Positions 42,136 to 52,264 of a DNA stretch of 64,000 nucleotides are shown here, piece after piece; the first letter of the stretch is position 1, and every line of letters starts with the position of its first letter. A program made the translations under genes and the position numbers. The stretch is from a virus (taxonomy: Duplodnaviria > Caudoviricetes). The notes below the pieces were generated by a model. The model made no database searches and had not been told where the DNA came from. It saw only the letters and a list, made by a program, of their open reading frames with translations. The stretch is from positions 5,191-69,190 of IMG/VR virus record IMGVR_UViG_3300016476_000578. One strand, 5' to 3'.

Positions 42136-42411
42136 TTAAAATAATTTTGTAAGAGTAGTTTCTCGCAATGTCATATCTTTAAGAGTTTCGATATGTCCAA
42201 TAGATAATCGTCGTATTGCTTGAAATGTATCTCTAGGAGGATATGGAGTCATAACTTTAATTGTAATTAATTCTTTATCTGGACCCAGGTCCTGTTCAAT
42301 GTGAACCATCAATACTAAACGGATAGCGCGTATACGATCTAATACATCAACTAATCTTCCGTCATATCGTATTATAGCTTGCATTGAATATTTGTGTCTG
42401 TCAACTGCCAT
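42136..42411 (-). CDS. Hypothetical protein
   Basis: 91 aa; own late motif and AAGGA SD. Confidence 0.55.
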   Translation of the reverse strand: MAVDRHKYSMQAIIRYDGRLVDVLDRIRAIRLVLMVHIEQDLGPDKELITIKVMTPYPPRDTFQAIRRLSIGHIETLKDMTLRETTLTKLF

Positions 42412-42450
42412 ATATTATAATCCTTTATTTTATATAAATATTCATCCAGT

Positions 42451-42478
42451 AAAAAAGGGTGACCGAAGCCACCCTCTT
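42451..42478 (-). terminator. Intrinsic terminator after major capsid gene
   Basis: AGGGTGGC-TTCG-GTCACCC-TTTTTT. Confidence 0.85.
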
Positions 42479-42526
42479 ATTAAATCTTTAATTCGTTAAA
42501 CGGTTAATGAATTAATCAACTAACTA

Positions 42527-44155
42527 TTAAAGAGTGTTTAACCCGTGTACGTATACTTTTCCGTAGAATTCTGGACGAACTACTTTCTTCGCGTAACGTG
42601 TCATAACACCTTTACGTGGAGTGAAGTTAACTGGATCGTATACTAATGGAGTCATGATAAGTGGAATGTATGGGCTAAATACAGCTCCTGTTTCAAGGAA
42701 TTGTGCTCCACGGAATCCCATAAGGATTACATTCTCTTTCATATATGGGTTTTTGTAAACTGTGTAGCGATTATTGATTGCACCAATTTTTTGTACACCA
42801 GCTGCAAATTCCATTTTAGTTCCATCTGTGTCTGCAGCAAATCCTGGGATTGATTCAAGGATAGTTGCTACTGCAGGAGATGTTACTAAGAAGTTAGCAC
42901 CACCACGCAATGTTTTTTGGTGAATTTTGTTAGATACTTTTTGAAGTTTAGTACCTAAAGTTTGGAACCATCCACCTTGAGTGTTGTAGAATCCATCACC
43001 TGTTGCAGTTTGTTGAGTGAACCCAGTACCGTTCCAGATGTTGTTATTCTTAGCTGACCAATACTCAGTTGTTGGAGCTGCTGCGATCAACATATCTAAG
43101 ATCTCTAAATCAATTTCCATAGAAACGTATTCAGACAACATAGAAGTTAATTCAGCTTCAGCATCAATTGAGTGGTAAGCATTTAAATCTTGAGCAAATT
43201 CAGGTGTCCAAACTGCTTTCAATTTACGTGTTTTAGCCACGATTGGCTCTGATTGCATTTCCAAGTTGATTTCTGGAATGTCGATATCAGCGTTGTATCC
43301 GTTAGCGTATGGAGTTTTGTCTTCAAAATCACCACGAGTGATATCAGTTGGTTGTTTGCTATATGCTACAACATATGCAGCTGTACCATTTAATCCTGCA
43401 GATGCACTTACTACGAATTCAATTTTACCTGTTGATGCATTGAATTTTGTAAATGCTGGCAAGTTCATTGCAGTTGTAATTGCAGAACCTGAAGTTAAAA
43501 TAAATGAACGAACCGCAGTTTGATCAAAATTAGTTAATGAACCAGTTTCAGCATAAACTACTGTGTATCCTGATAAGTTTGCAGTGTAGTCAGAATCAAA
43601 ATTAACTGATCCAGATCCAGCTGATGCTGCAGATGCAGTTGTTGCAGATACAGATGCAGTTGCTTCATTGATTGAATATCCAAAACGACCAGCTCCGTAA
43701 AGACCTCCTGATGGATCTCCAGTTGTTGTAGTAACACCGAACATAGAGTCATCTGCGTTTGGAGAACCAAATGGATCACCTGTTCTGTTCAAGTTGTCAT
43801 TATCGAATCCAGGTTGAGCTGTACCATATTTAAAATCTAAATAGAAAATAAGTCCTGATGGCAAGTTCATTGGTTGAACTGATACGAATTCTTTTGCAGC
43901 AAACTCAGCAAAAATACGACGTACTAATGGAAGAGCAACTCCAGCCCATTCTTCTGAACCTGCTGCGATACCTGTTGCTGATGCTTCTTTTACTAATTGA
44001 CGTGCTTGGTTTTCAAGCAATTGGGCCATACCTGCTTTTTCAGTTTCGCCTTTAAGACCTTCTAACAATCCGGTCTTTTCCCACTTTGATGCTAATGCTT
44101 TTGCTTGATTTCTTTGTACAAAATCATTAGTTTGTAATAAATTTGAAATAGACAT
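42527..44155 (-). CDS. Major capsid protein (T4 gp23-like)
   Basis: LPLVRR, VSVQPMNLPSGLIFYL, TRKLKAVWTPEFAQDL, YIPL, GVMTRYA. Confidence 0.96.
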   Translation of the reverse strand: MSISNLLQTNDFVQRNQAKALASKWEKTGLLEGLKGETEKAGMAQLLENQARQLVKEASATGIAAGSEEWAGVALPLVRRIFAEFAAKEFVSVQPMNLPSGLIFYLDFKYGTAQPGFDNDNLNRTGDPFGSPNADDSMFGVTTTTGDPSGGLYGAGRFGYSINEATASVSATTASAASAGSGSVNFDSDYTANLSGYTVVYAETGSLTNFDQTAVRSFILTSGSAITTAMNLPAFTKFNASTGKIEFVVSASAGLNGTAAYVVAYSKQPTDITRGDFEDKTPYANGYNADIDIPEINLEMQSEPIVAKTRKLKAVWTPEFAQDLNAYHSIDAEAELTSMLSEYVSMEIDLEILDMLIAAAPTTEYWSAKNNNIWNGTGFTQQTATGDGFYNTQGGWFQTLGTKLQKVSNKIHQKTLRGGANFLVTSPAVATILESIPGFAADTDGTKMEFAAGVQKIGAINNRYTVYKNPYMKENVILMGFRGAQFLETGAVFSPYIPLIMTPLVYDPVNFTPRKGVMTRYAKKVVRPEFYGKVYVHGLNTL

Positions 44156-44177
44156 TTCTTTTTCCTTTTTTTAAATG

Positions 44178-45200
44178 TTATAGCAATCCTGCTAATTTTT
44201 TCCAACGGTTAGCTAATTCAAACCCTTCAGATAAAACTTGTGTTGTCTCTTTTTTAGGAGCTGTCGTTGCAACTGGTTTAGATGCATATGACTCTTTAAC
44301 AACACGCTTTTTAGTTGGACGGTTGAATGATTCAGCTAACGTACTAAATACTAATTTTACTTCTCTTGTATTACCTGCACGATCAAAATTTTCAATTACT
44401 TTCATTTTTTGATTTTCAGATAATTCAAAGTTACGGAACAATTTGTTTGTGTAAAGAAGTTTTGCATTTAATAGATTAACCTCGCTTAAGATGTTTTTAA
44501 GTTGTTTAACTGTACGGTATGCTTCTTGAAGTTCTTCTTCTTTTGCTTCTAATTCTGCTTCCATACCCTCTTTCACATCTTCTTCTGGTTCTTCCATCTC
44601 ATCTTCTTCACGAAGAATTGATTCAATGATTTCATCAATATTGAAATCTTCTTCTTCAGACAATTCATTATCAGCTGGCATTTTATATTCGCCTTCTGTA
44701 GCAATACCTTCTTCGTCGCCCATCATCATTTCGTCTTCTGGCATGGATGCTTCTAATTCTCGAATAATTTGTTCAAGATTTAAATCTTCTTCCATTTCAT
44801 CATACTCACCTGATGCTGCAGGCTCTTCTGCTGGCATTTCTTCTTCAGCATCCATGTCTAATTCTTCTTCATCCCCAGACATTCCAACTTCGAAGTCATA
44901 TGTGTTGCCACCTACTTCTGCTGATAGATCACTGTCTATCCAATTAAAATCATCGCCTGCCTCCATGTCAGCTCCAGCTTCAACATCTGCATTCATTTCT
45001 GCATCTGCATCTAATTCTGGCGTAGCTTCCATATCAACATCTTCTTCGCCTTCTACTTCCATTTGAAGTTTGTCTTTCAACATTCTTTCAAGTCTTGGTG
45101 CAAAAGCTTCTTGAAGTGCGATTTTGGCGTTTGCTAATGCAGTTTCTTTAACAGCATTTGCGTCAGCAATCGCTTCTTTTAGCAAATCTGATTTTGCCAT
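44178..45200 (-). CDS. Prohead scaffold/core protein (gp22-like)
   Basis: Very acidic, helical protein immediately upstream of MCP; C-terminal RWKKLAGL. Confidence 0.8.
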   Translation of the reverse strand: MAKSDLLKEAIADANAVKETALANAKIALQEAFAPRLERMLKDKLQMEVEGEEDVDMEATPELDADAEMNADVEAGADMEAGDDFNWIDSDLSAEVGGNTYDFEVGMSGDEEELDMDAEEEMPAEEPAASGEYDEMEEDLNLEQIIRELEASMPEDEMMMGDEEGIATEGEYKMPADNELSEEEDFNIDEIIESILREEDEMEEPEEDVKEGMEAELEAKEEELQEAYRTVKQLKNILSEVNLLNAKLLYTNKLFRNFELSENQKMKVIENFDRAGNTREVKLVFSTLAESFNRPTKKRVVKESYASKPVATTAPKKETTQVLSEGFELANRWKKLAGLL

Positions 45201-45230
45201 GTGTACTCCTTAAATTTTGTTTTTTGGAAA

Positions 45231-45298
45231 TAAGATTATTTGAAATCTTAATAGAATTTTTTTATAAACGGTATAGACGCTATATAAGAAAATAGCGT
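45231..45298 (-). promoter_or_regulatory. Two hairpins in long 5' leader of scaffold-MCP operon
   Basis: TAAGATT/AATCTTA (45231-45250) and ACGCTAT/ATAGCGT (45277-45298) inverted repeats between the late motif (45307-45314) and AAGGAG SD (45206-45211). Confidence 0.4.
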
Positions 45299-45335
45299 AT
45301 TCTAAAATAAATATAAGCAAAAAAGAAAAAACAGT

Positions 45336-45368
45336 AAAAAAGCCCCAACTTTTTTAAGAAGGGGCTTT
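45336..45368 (-). terminator. Intrinsic terminator after bS21
   Basis: AAAGCCCC...GGGGCTTTTTT. Confidence 0.75.
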
Positions 45369-45409
45369 AATTAGGACTTATTTGTAATGTCGTAAAGCTA
45401 CGTTGAACT

Positions 45410-45655
45410 TTATCTAGAATGCGAATCTTTAACCATTTGCATAAATGCAGCTCTTTGTTTTTGCTGTCTTTGTACAACGCTTGGTTTAATAAATTCTTTG
45501 TTATTCTTAGTTTTTTCTAAAATCCCTGAAGATTTTATTTTACGTTTCCATGCTTTAAGTGCGTGACCTAAATCTTCTCTAGTTGTTCCAACTACACTAA
45601 CCGCTAATGCGTTACCTGGAACAATTTGTTGATGTTGTTTTTGTTTTTTGCTCAT
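45410..45655 (-). CDS. rpsU: Phage-encoded ribosomal protein bS21
   Basis: EDLGHALKAWKRKIKSSGIL...EFIKPSVVQRQQKQRAAF matches the bS21 pattern. Confidence 0.85.
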   Translation of the reverse strand: MSKKQKQHQQIVPGNALAVSVVGTTREDLGHALKAWKRKIKSSGILEKTKNNKEFIKPSVVQRQQKQRAAFMQMVKDSHSR

Positions 45656-45669
45656 AACCTATTATTAAT

Positions 45670-46137
45670 TTATTTTCCTAGTACTTTGAATCGAAATTGT
45701 TTGATTTCTGGAGTTTGTGATACATATCCTTGGATTCTTTGTGATTCTTTTGCAGGATCTTCTCCTAAACGAAAATATATGTATCCTACTTTTCCGGACT
45801 TAGATATTTTTTTCGTAATGATTGTAAATCCTTTTTTCTGAGCCCATTCACTAATATCTTGCATTACATGTTTTGCCATAGCTGGGTCATTAAGAACCCA
45901 TTGAACGCCTCCTTGATATTCAGTAATGCTATTATCTAATGTAGCTTCTTCTAAATCTCCCTCTACTTCTTCCGTTGCCATTTTTGACATAAGTTGTTGA
46001 GTTATTGCTAACTGTGCATTATAATCTTTTAAGCGTTTTGCATCTGCAGGGTCTAATCCAGGTACGATTGGATGTTTCTTTACAGTCTGTTCCGTTAGTC
46101 CGAAAAAATCTTTATATGAATTTTTTAACTTACTCAT
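45670..46137 (-). CDS. Hypothetical protein (head region)
   Basis: 155 aa; GLTE and LEE motifs. Confidence 0.55.
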   Translation of the reverse strand: MSKLKNSYKDFFGLTEQTVKKHPIVPGLDPADAKRLKDYNAQLAITQQLMSKMATEEVEGDLEEATLDNSITEYQGGVQWVLNDPAMAKHVMQDISEWAQKKGFTIITKKISKSGKVGYIYFRLGEDPAKESQRIQGYVSQTPEIKQFRFKVLGK

Positions 46138-46150
46138 TATTTATACCTTT

Positions 46151-46179
46151 AATATAAAAATTAAATTTGAAATATCCAA
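46151..46179 (-). promoter_or_regulatory. Class I promoter driving 45670..46137 and bS21
   Basis: TTGGAT-N17-TATATT. Confidence 0.55.
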
Positions 46180-46180
46180 A

Positions 46181-46561
46181 TTAACCTACTTCATAATATT
46201 TGCTTAAATGGCTACCGATATCTTCGTAAGCAGCCTCTAATCTTTGTTGTAATTGATTAACTTCTCTAGCAGTAGACTCAAATACTTTATATGCTTCATT
46301 TAATCCTTTAGCATGACGACTAACTGTTACATTATCAAACCAATCTTTATCTTCAGTCATTATTCTTTGAGCTTTTTCTACAATATCTCGTACTCGTTCG
46401 GATAATTCTTTAAGTTTGCCGCTACCGTAAACTGATTCACCTAATGCTGAGAAGTTTGCAACATCTTGCATAAACTGTCGCTTTTCTTCTTTTGTTAAAG
46501 CAACATTTTCTTCTTCACCAGTCATTATTTCTAATATTCTTCTTAAATTCGGTGTATTCAT
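46181..46561 (-). CDS. Helical hypothetical protein (prohead-associated?)
   Basis: Start moved to ATG 46561, 1 nt after the protease stop. Confidence 0.55.
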   Translation of the reverse strand: MNTPNLRRILEIMTGEEENVALTKEEKRQFMQDVANFSALGESVYGSGKLKELSERVRDIVEKAQRIMTEDKDWFDNVTVSRHAKGLNEAYKVFESTAREVNQLQQRLEAAYEDIGSHLSKYYEVG

Positions 46562-46562
46562 A

Positions 46563-47192
46563 TTATATCCTACATTTTCCATCTTCACATAAAATTGATG
46601 TGATTATGTTATTAACATTTGCGTATTTATTTATTGTGTTATTTTTATTTACTGACTCATTCATATGAGTTGGTCTCATGAATGCTCCGTGTGTTGATGG
46701 ATTTGATACAAAGTCCCAACAAATTAATTCAAAGTCTTCTTGTACTTCTACTGCGCCTTCACTTCTTAATTCTTTTACAGAACCTAATCCGCGCGATGAA
46801 ATTCCTAATGTAATTCCAGCTTTAAATAATTCTTTAAGAATTTTACCTGACGGTGTATCTAAAATTTGTACAGCTCCATGTAAATCATCGCCATTCCACC
46901 AAATTTTCAAAATGTTATGTGATACATTGTTCAAGTTAACTACAGATGATTCTGGGTGATCTAACTCTCCAAGTGCTCTGTGTTGATCAATATATTCTGT
47001 TTGATATCGTCGACATTCTCTTTGTAATATATGTCTTGGATAAACGCGACCATTTTGATTTTTTGATCCAGCTCTTTGTAAAACTCCTTGTACAACCATG
47101 CCGCCTGGTATACCATATGCAGCGCCATTAGACTCTGTTAATGATCCAATTGGTTTAAATGGTATATATTCTACTATAAGTTGTTTTGACAT
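46563..47192 (-). CDS. Prohead protease (T4 gp21-like)
   Basis: KNQNGRVYP, ALGELDHP, GISSRGLGS, WDFVSNPS. Confidence 0.95.
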   Translation of the reverse strand: MSKQLIVEYIPFKPIGSLTESNGAAYGIPGGMVVQGVLQRAGSKNQNGRVYPRHILQRECRRYQTEYIDQHRALGELDHPESSVVNLNNVSHNILKIWWNGDDLHGAVQILDTPSGKILKELFKAGITLGISSRGLGSVKELRSEGAVEVQEDFELICWDFVSNPSTHGAFMRPTHMNESVNKNNTINKYANVNNIITSILCEDGKCRI

Positions 47193-47195
47193 AAT

Positions 47196-47906
47196 TTATT
47201 CCCCTAATGCTCTTACTCGCTCTGCAATTTTTGTTAATCGTTCTGAGATCTTTGTTAATGCTTTTGTTGCTGCTGGTCCGTATTCTGTTGCAGCAACTCC
47301 TGATTCAGTTTTTAAACGTGTTGTGTGTCCTACTATAGTTTCAATCTCTTGAAGTTTTTTGGCAATTTCTCGTATCGAATCTTTTACTTTATGTGACGGT
47401 TTAACATCTCCACGTTTAAAATCTCGATATCCTTCATCAATCAATTGCTCATATTTACGTTCAATTATATCTTCAACTTTTAAAGAAACTTTTTTTGTAG
47501 TATCTTGTATATTTGCAGTTCCATATGGTTGATTAGAAAACTTAACCGGATATTCTTGATCCTTCATTGGCCATTTTTCTAAATTAGATGAAAATGGAAA
47601 TTTGTCTTGAGATGTTTCTTCATCAGACTCTGGCTGTTGATGTCCTGTTTCTTTCCATTTAAATACTGGTGGAGTATTAACAGATTCTTTTACACCGGTT
47701 GCATAACCTAACTTTTTATTTTTCCACTTTCCGGGAGCAGCAAAAGCTGCAGGCGTATTAAATCCAGCAACAGCTGCTGATACATTTTGTTCGTCAATCT
47801 CATCTTCATCACATACGCATTTATCGACTGGTCGATCACATGCATCACAGAATCCAGATTCTATTTCCAGAAACTTTTCTTTCATTTCTTTTAATAACGA
47901 CTTCAT
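47196..47906 (-). CDS. Hypothetical prohead-associated protein
   Basis: MKSLLKE start; GFNTPAAF; between portal and protease. Confidence 0.55.
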   Translation of the reverse strand: MKSLLKEMKEKFLEIESGFCDACDRPVDKCVCDEDEIDEQNVSAAVAGFNTPAAFAAPGKWKNKKLGYATGVKESVNTPPVFKWKETGHQQPESDEETSQDKFPFSSNLEKWPMKDQEYPVKFSNQPYGTANIQDTTKKVSLKVEDIIERKYEQLIDEGYRDFKRGDVKPSHKVKDSIREIAKKLQEIETIVGHTTRLKTESGVAATEYGPAATKALTKISERLTKIAERVRALGE

Positions 47907-48754
47907 TAATGTATATCCTTCAATTCGCGAATTAAATCAAAGTAACGTAACAATGATAATATATGCGATTCCTTAATTGCTTTCATTGATTCAACATTAC
48001 ATAACATTTCAGATAGTTTTGCTACTTTAATTTTAGTTGCAGGATCTGTAATTAGTTTTGCTTGTTTTGCTAAATCTTGTTTAATTGCTGGAATAATTGT
48101 TTGTACATATTCTCGTAATGCTGCAGTGTCATTGACGTGAGTAATATACTTATTCAATAATTGTTTTTGCGATTCATTTAAACCGGAATATTTTTGATTG
48201 AACTTATCAACTAATAATTTATAAGCTAATAATCTTAATTCTTTCGGCTGCGATTCAAATGTTTCTAAAACTGAATCTTTTTTCTCATGAGTTCGTTCTA
48301 CAATAGATCCATGATTAATAATTACATTTTTACATTCCAATAATTGTTTTGGATTATCAGTTTCATCATGCTCAAAAATCATATTGATTGATGCTAAAAC
48401 TTTGTAATTATTAATATGCATTTTAGACATATCATCAAATACAAACTTTTCCGAAATCTCTTTTACTAAATTATATCGTTGGCGTTTTAATGCATTCTGA
48501 TTTAATTTAGAATATGCAGATTTAACCGTACGGATATAATCTAATGCCTGAGCTTCACTTCGAAATTGTTCTTTAATCAATGTATTGTACAATTGTAATT
48601 CTTTTGATAATTCAGTATTCCTACCAAAATATTTTTTAATAATATCAATAGTCACTGACTTATTTGATGACAATGTTTCTGAAGTTAATTTTCTAACTAA
48701 CATTTCAAATAATATACCAGTATTTTTATACTTTGAATGTTTTAATTTCTTCAT
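47906..48754 (-). CDS. Hypothetical prohead-associated protein
   Basis: KHSKYKNTGILFE start; helical; follows portal with its own late motif. Confidence 0.55.
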   Translation of the reverse strand: MKKLKHSKYKNTGILFEMLVRKLTSETLSSNKSVTIDIIKKYFGRNTELSKELQLYNTLIKEQFRSEAQALDYIRTVKSAYSKLNQNALKRQRYNLVKEISEKFVFDDMSKMHINNYKVLASINMIFEHDETDNPKQLLECKNVIINHGSIVERTHEKKDSVLETFESQPKELRLLAYKLLVDKFNQKYSGLNESQKQLLNKYITHVNDTAALREYVQTIIPAIKQDLAKQAKLITDPATKIKVAKLSEMLCNVESMKAIKESHILSLLRYFDLIRELKDIH

Positions 48755-48796
48755 GTTATATACGTTGCCTTATTTTAAATATAAATATGTTTGTAA

Positions 48797-50635
48797 TTAT
48801 AAAATATTGTTTTCGTCTAGTAATGTACCAGCGTCTCTATCTTCACTATTAGATTCTGCAGATTTAAGTGATTCTGTTATAATAGAAACTTGCTTACCGT
48901 TCTTTGACTTAAGTTTTTTAATAAAACTTTCTACAGCAATCGTATTTGTATTTTTAAATTTAGGATCTGGTTGAAATGCATTTCTTTGATTTTCTGGATC
49001 AAATGCTTGTTTCAATTCTTTTTTACCTGTCGGATCCCATCCGAATGCATTCTTGTGTTGTCCGGATTTAATTCCTTCTTTTGGTCTTCCGCCCGGATCT
49101 TTATCTTCAACTTCATTGCTTGACATATGCACTGTTGCTAAATCATGCGGCGTACCAAATGAAACTCCCGTAACTGCTGGGTCATTTCCTTCTTGCTCAA
49201 TTTGATTTTGTCGGAATCGAAGTTTTAAATCTTCAATAACATTTGTACGTTCTTGTAACCACTGTTCTTCTGACATATTGAATATGTACTCATATATGTA
49301 TTTATCTGAAACTAATTTACTGTCTTTCATAGCGTTTGCTAATGTAATTTTTTCATTCATTAACGCTACTTTTTGTTGATCGTAAATAATTGATGGAGCT
49401 GTCAATTCTAACTCAAATCCAACTAAATCTTCGCCTTCAAATCCTTGTGAATATAAATGCACAATTGCAATTTTATGTAACTCAGAAATTACAATTTTTT
49501 GAATACGCTCAATTGTTCTTGCAAATCGAATATCCATTGATGCTAATGTAGTTTTACCTTCTACAGCTTCTGCATATCCTAAAAATGGTTTAGGTATTTT
49601 AAGTGCAGCCATCATTTTATCTTTGATATATTCAATATCATCCATTCCAGTAAATGTCATACCTGGCAATGTATCTATTGTAGTAGATGATTGGCCTCCT
49701 CGCACTGGCAAGTAATAATCTTCTAACATGTTATTAAGATTAAACTTTAAGTTGTAATTTCCAGTTTGTGGATCGATGTGTGGAATCTTTTTCATTTTAT
49801 TGATAATTTGTTCCATGAATGTATCAACTTCATTTGGAGGAATATTACCAATATCAATTTTAAAAATACGTTTTTCTGGTGCGCGCATAATTCTGTGAAT
49901 AAGCATCGCATCTTCCATCATCATTAATTTTTGGAATTCTTTACGAGCTCCTTCTAACATGGATCTACCATATGGTAAGAAATTAGAATCTGATAACATA
50001 CGGAAATGCGCGATTTCAAATGTATCATATGTCATCTGCTCTGATGCAATATTTTTGAATTTAATTTCATATTCGCCGGTAGATTCATTGAATTCTTCCC
50101 AACGTTCCATTTCATAACTAGAAAATGGTCTTGCATTGATTACGCCATATTCCTCTGCAATATCTAATTTAAGGAAGAAATCTCCATACTTTGTCAAGTT
50201 GCGAATCCATGTCCACAAGTTAAATTCAATATTCAATACATCATAAAATAAATTATAAAGTATTTTTTGAATATTAGTTTTATTTGTCTTGATTGTTAAA
50301 ATTTCACTGAACTGATCAGCTAATGTTGATTCATCTGAATAGATATCTAATGCGGAACTAATAATTGGATCTTTATCCATCATTTCGTAGTCAGCATATA
50401 ACTGCATACGATTTTGGTGCATATAATAATTAGAATCATATCCACCCATGCCTCCAACACGATGTTTATTCGCGCCGTGCAATCTTGTATATCTGTCTGC
50501 TACTTTACTTTGAGCTAAATTACCTGAACTTTGTAATCTATTTGTATCTACTACACGTATTTGATCTTTGCCATACGCTCTAACAATTACATTAGTACTA
50601 AATAGATTTTGTAGTCGTTTTCTTAAAGACGCCAT
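48797..50635 (-). CDS. Portal protein (T4 gp20-like)
   Basis: YGDFF, PYGRSMLE, MEDAMLIHRIMRAPEKRIF, EDYYLP, ALKIPK. Confidence 0.95.
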   Translation of the reverse strand: MASLRKRLQNLFSTNVIVRAYGKDQIRVVDTNRLQSSGNLAQSKVADRYTRLHGANKHRVGGMGGYDSNYYMHQNRMQLYADYEMMDKDPIISSALDIYSDESTLADQFSEILTIKTNKTNIQKILYNLFYDVLNIEFNLWTWIRNLTKYGDFFLKLDIAEEYGVINARPFSSYEMERWEEFNESTGEYEIKFKNIASEQMTYDTFEIAHFRMLSDSNFLPYGRSMLEGARKEFQKLMMMEDAMLIHRIMRAPEKRIFKIDIGNIPPNEVDTFMEQIINKMKKIPHIDPQTGNYNLKFNLNNMLEDYYLPVRGGQSSTTIDTLPGMTFTGMDDIEYIKDKMMAALKIPKPFLGYAEAVEGKTTLASMDIRFARTIERIQKIVISELHKIAIVHLYSQGFEGEDLVGFELELTAPSIIYDQQKVALMNEKITLANAMKDSKLVSDKYIYEYIFNMSEEQWLQERTNVIEDLKLRFRQNQIEQEGNDPAVTGVSFGTPHDLATVHMSSNEVEDKDPGGRPKEGIKSGQHKNAFGWDPTGKKELKQAFDPENQRNAFQPDPKFKNTNTIAVESFIKKLKSKNGKQVSIITESLKSAESNSEDRDAGTLLDENNIL

Positions 50636-50682
50636 ATTTTATTTCTTTTTATATAAATATAACAATCTTAAGAACAGGCCTG

Positions 50683-52263
50683 TTAACGTATTAACCAAGT
50701 TAAATCTTGATCTCCATCGCCTGGATTCCAATTCCATCCAGTATCTGTATTATTACGATTACCGGTATATATAACTTGGCTTGTTTTTGTAAATTGAGAT
50801 AAGGCACGTTTATTTAAATCAATACCTTGTTGTCGTAGTTTTAATGCAGTATCTCGTAACCACAATGTAATTGCAAATGACATTACTAAATCGTCATTAT
50901 AGCCTTGTTGTGCTTGTGCTTTACCATTTAACCATACAAATACCAATAGTTCTTGTATTAGTCTCTTACTGCGAATTACGGGAGTTTTTTCTCGCATATA
51001 CATTTCTAATGCTGATATCATTAATGGACGAGTACGTGATGTAGTTGATACTCCCGGAACCATTTGGCTCTTGTCTTTCATATCATATCCCTTTTTCAAT
51101 TGTACCGACGCATCTGTATATCCATCATCTTTATATGTATAATGTAAATTTTGGTAACCTCTATCTAATGCTGGTTGTATCGCAGCCCATCCAATGTTTG
51201 CATTTTCAATTGCTAGCAATGCATTATTCCATTCAGTTGCAACTGTAACTAACATGTTACCAAAATCATTAGGAGCAATTTTTCCTTTATATTCTGCAAC
51301 TTGTCGCACTGACTCTACGTCAAATATTTGGAACGTGGAAAAGTCAGCACCATCACCGCGAGCGACGTCAGCTACTACTACATAATCACGTGCATAGTCT
51401 GGATATTCCCAAACCCAATAATTTCCATCAAAACCTCGTCGTTCGATCGGGTCTTCAGTTTTTGATTCATATTCTAATAATAATGGACCGTCAACTACAG
51501 TATGACCTGAACTTACGAAGTCACAATCACATTCTTGTGCTGCCCCTCGTTCTCCTAGTAATTGTGTTTGTTCATCGCGCCAGGTTTGATCTCGTTCTGG
51601 ATGTACTGTCCAATGTAGTTTAATTGTATGAAATCCATTAATAGCTGCTTCCGCATCAGCCCATGTTTGATGAAACCAGTTACCAACTCCATTAGGTGTT
51701 GACAATACTATTGCTCCACCACCCGTTGATAGTGTTGCCTGTGATGCTATCCATATTTCTTCGATATTGCGAATGAAAGCGGCCTCATCTACGATTAATA
51801 ATGATAATGCTTCTGAACGTGCACCGGTTGTTGCAGATGATACTGCTTTAATTTGTGACCCGTTTTTAAATTTCAATGATAATTTATTATCTGCTTCAAC
51901 TGTACCTTTTAACCAACTTGGTAAATTTTCGTGCATGACACGTACTTTAGTTACTAAGTTTTTAGCAACTTCTTGCGTCGTCGCAATAACTAATACGTTA
52001 AAATCTTCATTGAAAAGCATTGACCATAAAGCAAATCCTGCTGCTAGTGTTGATATACCTAACTGACGTGACTTTAAAATTACATTGTAACGATTATCTC
52101 GTAATTCAGATAATGATTCTTCCTGAAACTTGTAAAGGTTAAATTTAATTTTACCTCGTTTCGGGTGTTGAATGTAACAATAATTACGCATGAAAAATAC
52201 AGGATCTTTAGCACACATCATGTACTGCTGCTGTATTATTTGCTTTATGTTTGGTTGAGACAT
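50683..52263 (-). CDS. Terminase large subunit (gp17-like)
   Basis: KSRQLGIST, IVDEAAF, STPNG, ADVARGDGADFS, NDDLVMS. Confidence 0.96.
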   Translation of the reverse strand: MSQPNIKQIIQQQYMMCAKDPVFFMRNYCYIQHPKRGKIKFNLYKFQEESLSELRDNRYNVILKSRQLGISTLAAGFALWSMLFNEDFNVLVIATTQEVAKNLVTKVRVMHENLPSWLKGTVEADNKLSLKFKNGSQIKAVSSATTGARSEALSLLIVDEAAFIRNIEEIWIASQATLSTGGGAIVLSTPNGVGNWFHQTWADAEAAINGFHTIKLHWTVHPERDQTWRDEQTQLLGERGAAQECDCDFVSSGHTVVDGPLLLEYESKTEDPIERRGFDGNYWVWEYPDYARDYVVVADVARGDGADFSTFQIFDVESVRQVAEYKGKIAPNDFGNMLVTVATEWNNALLAIENANIGWAAIQPALDRGYQNLHYTYKDDGYTDASVQLKKGYDMKDKSQMVPGVSTTSRTRPLMISALEMYMREKTPVIRSKRLIQELLVFVWLNGKAQAQQGYNDDLVMSFAITLWLRDTALKLRQQGIDLNKRALSQFTKTSQVIYTGNRNNTDTGWNWNPGDGDQDLTWLIR

Positions 52264-52264
52264 A

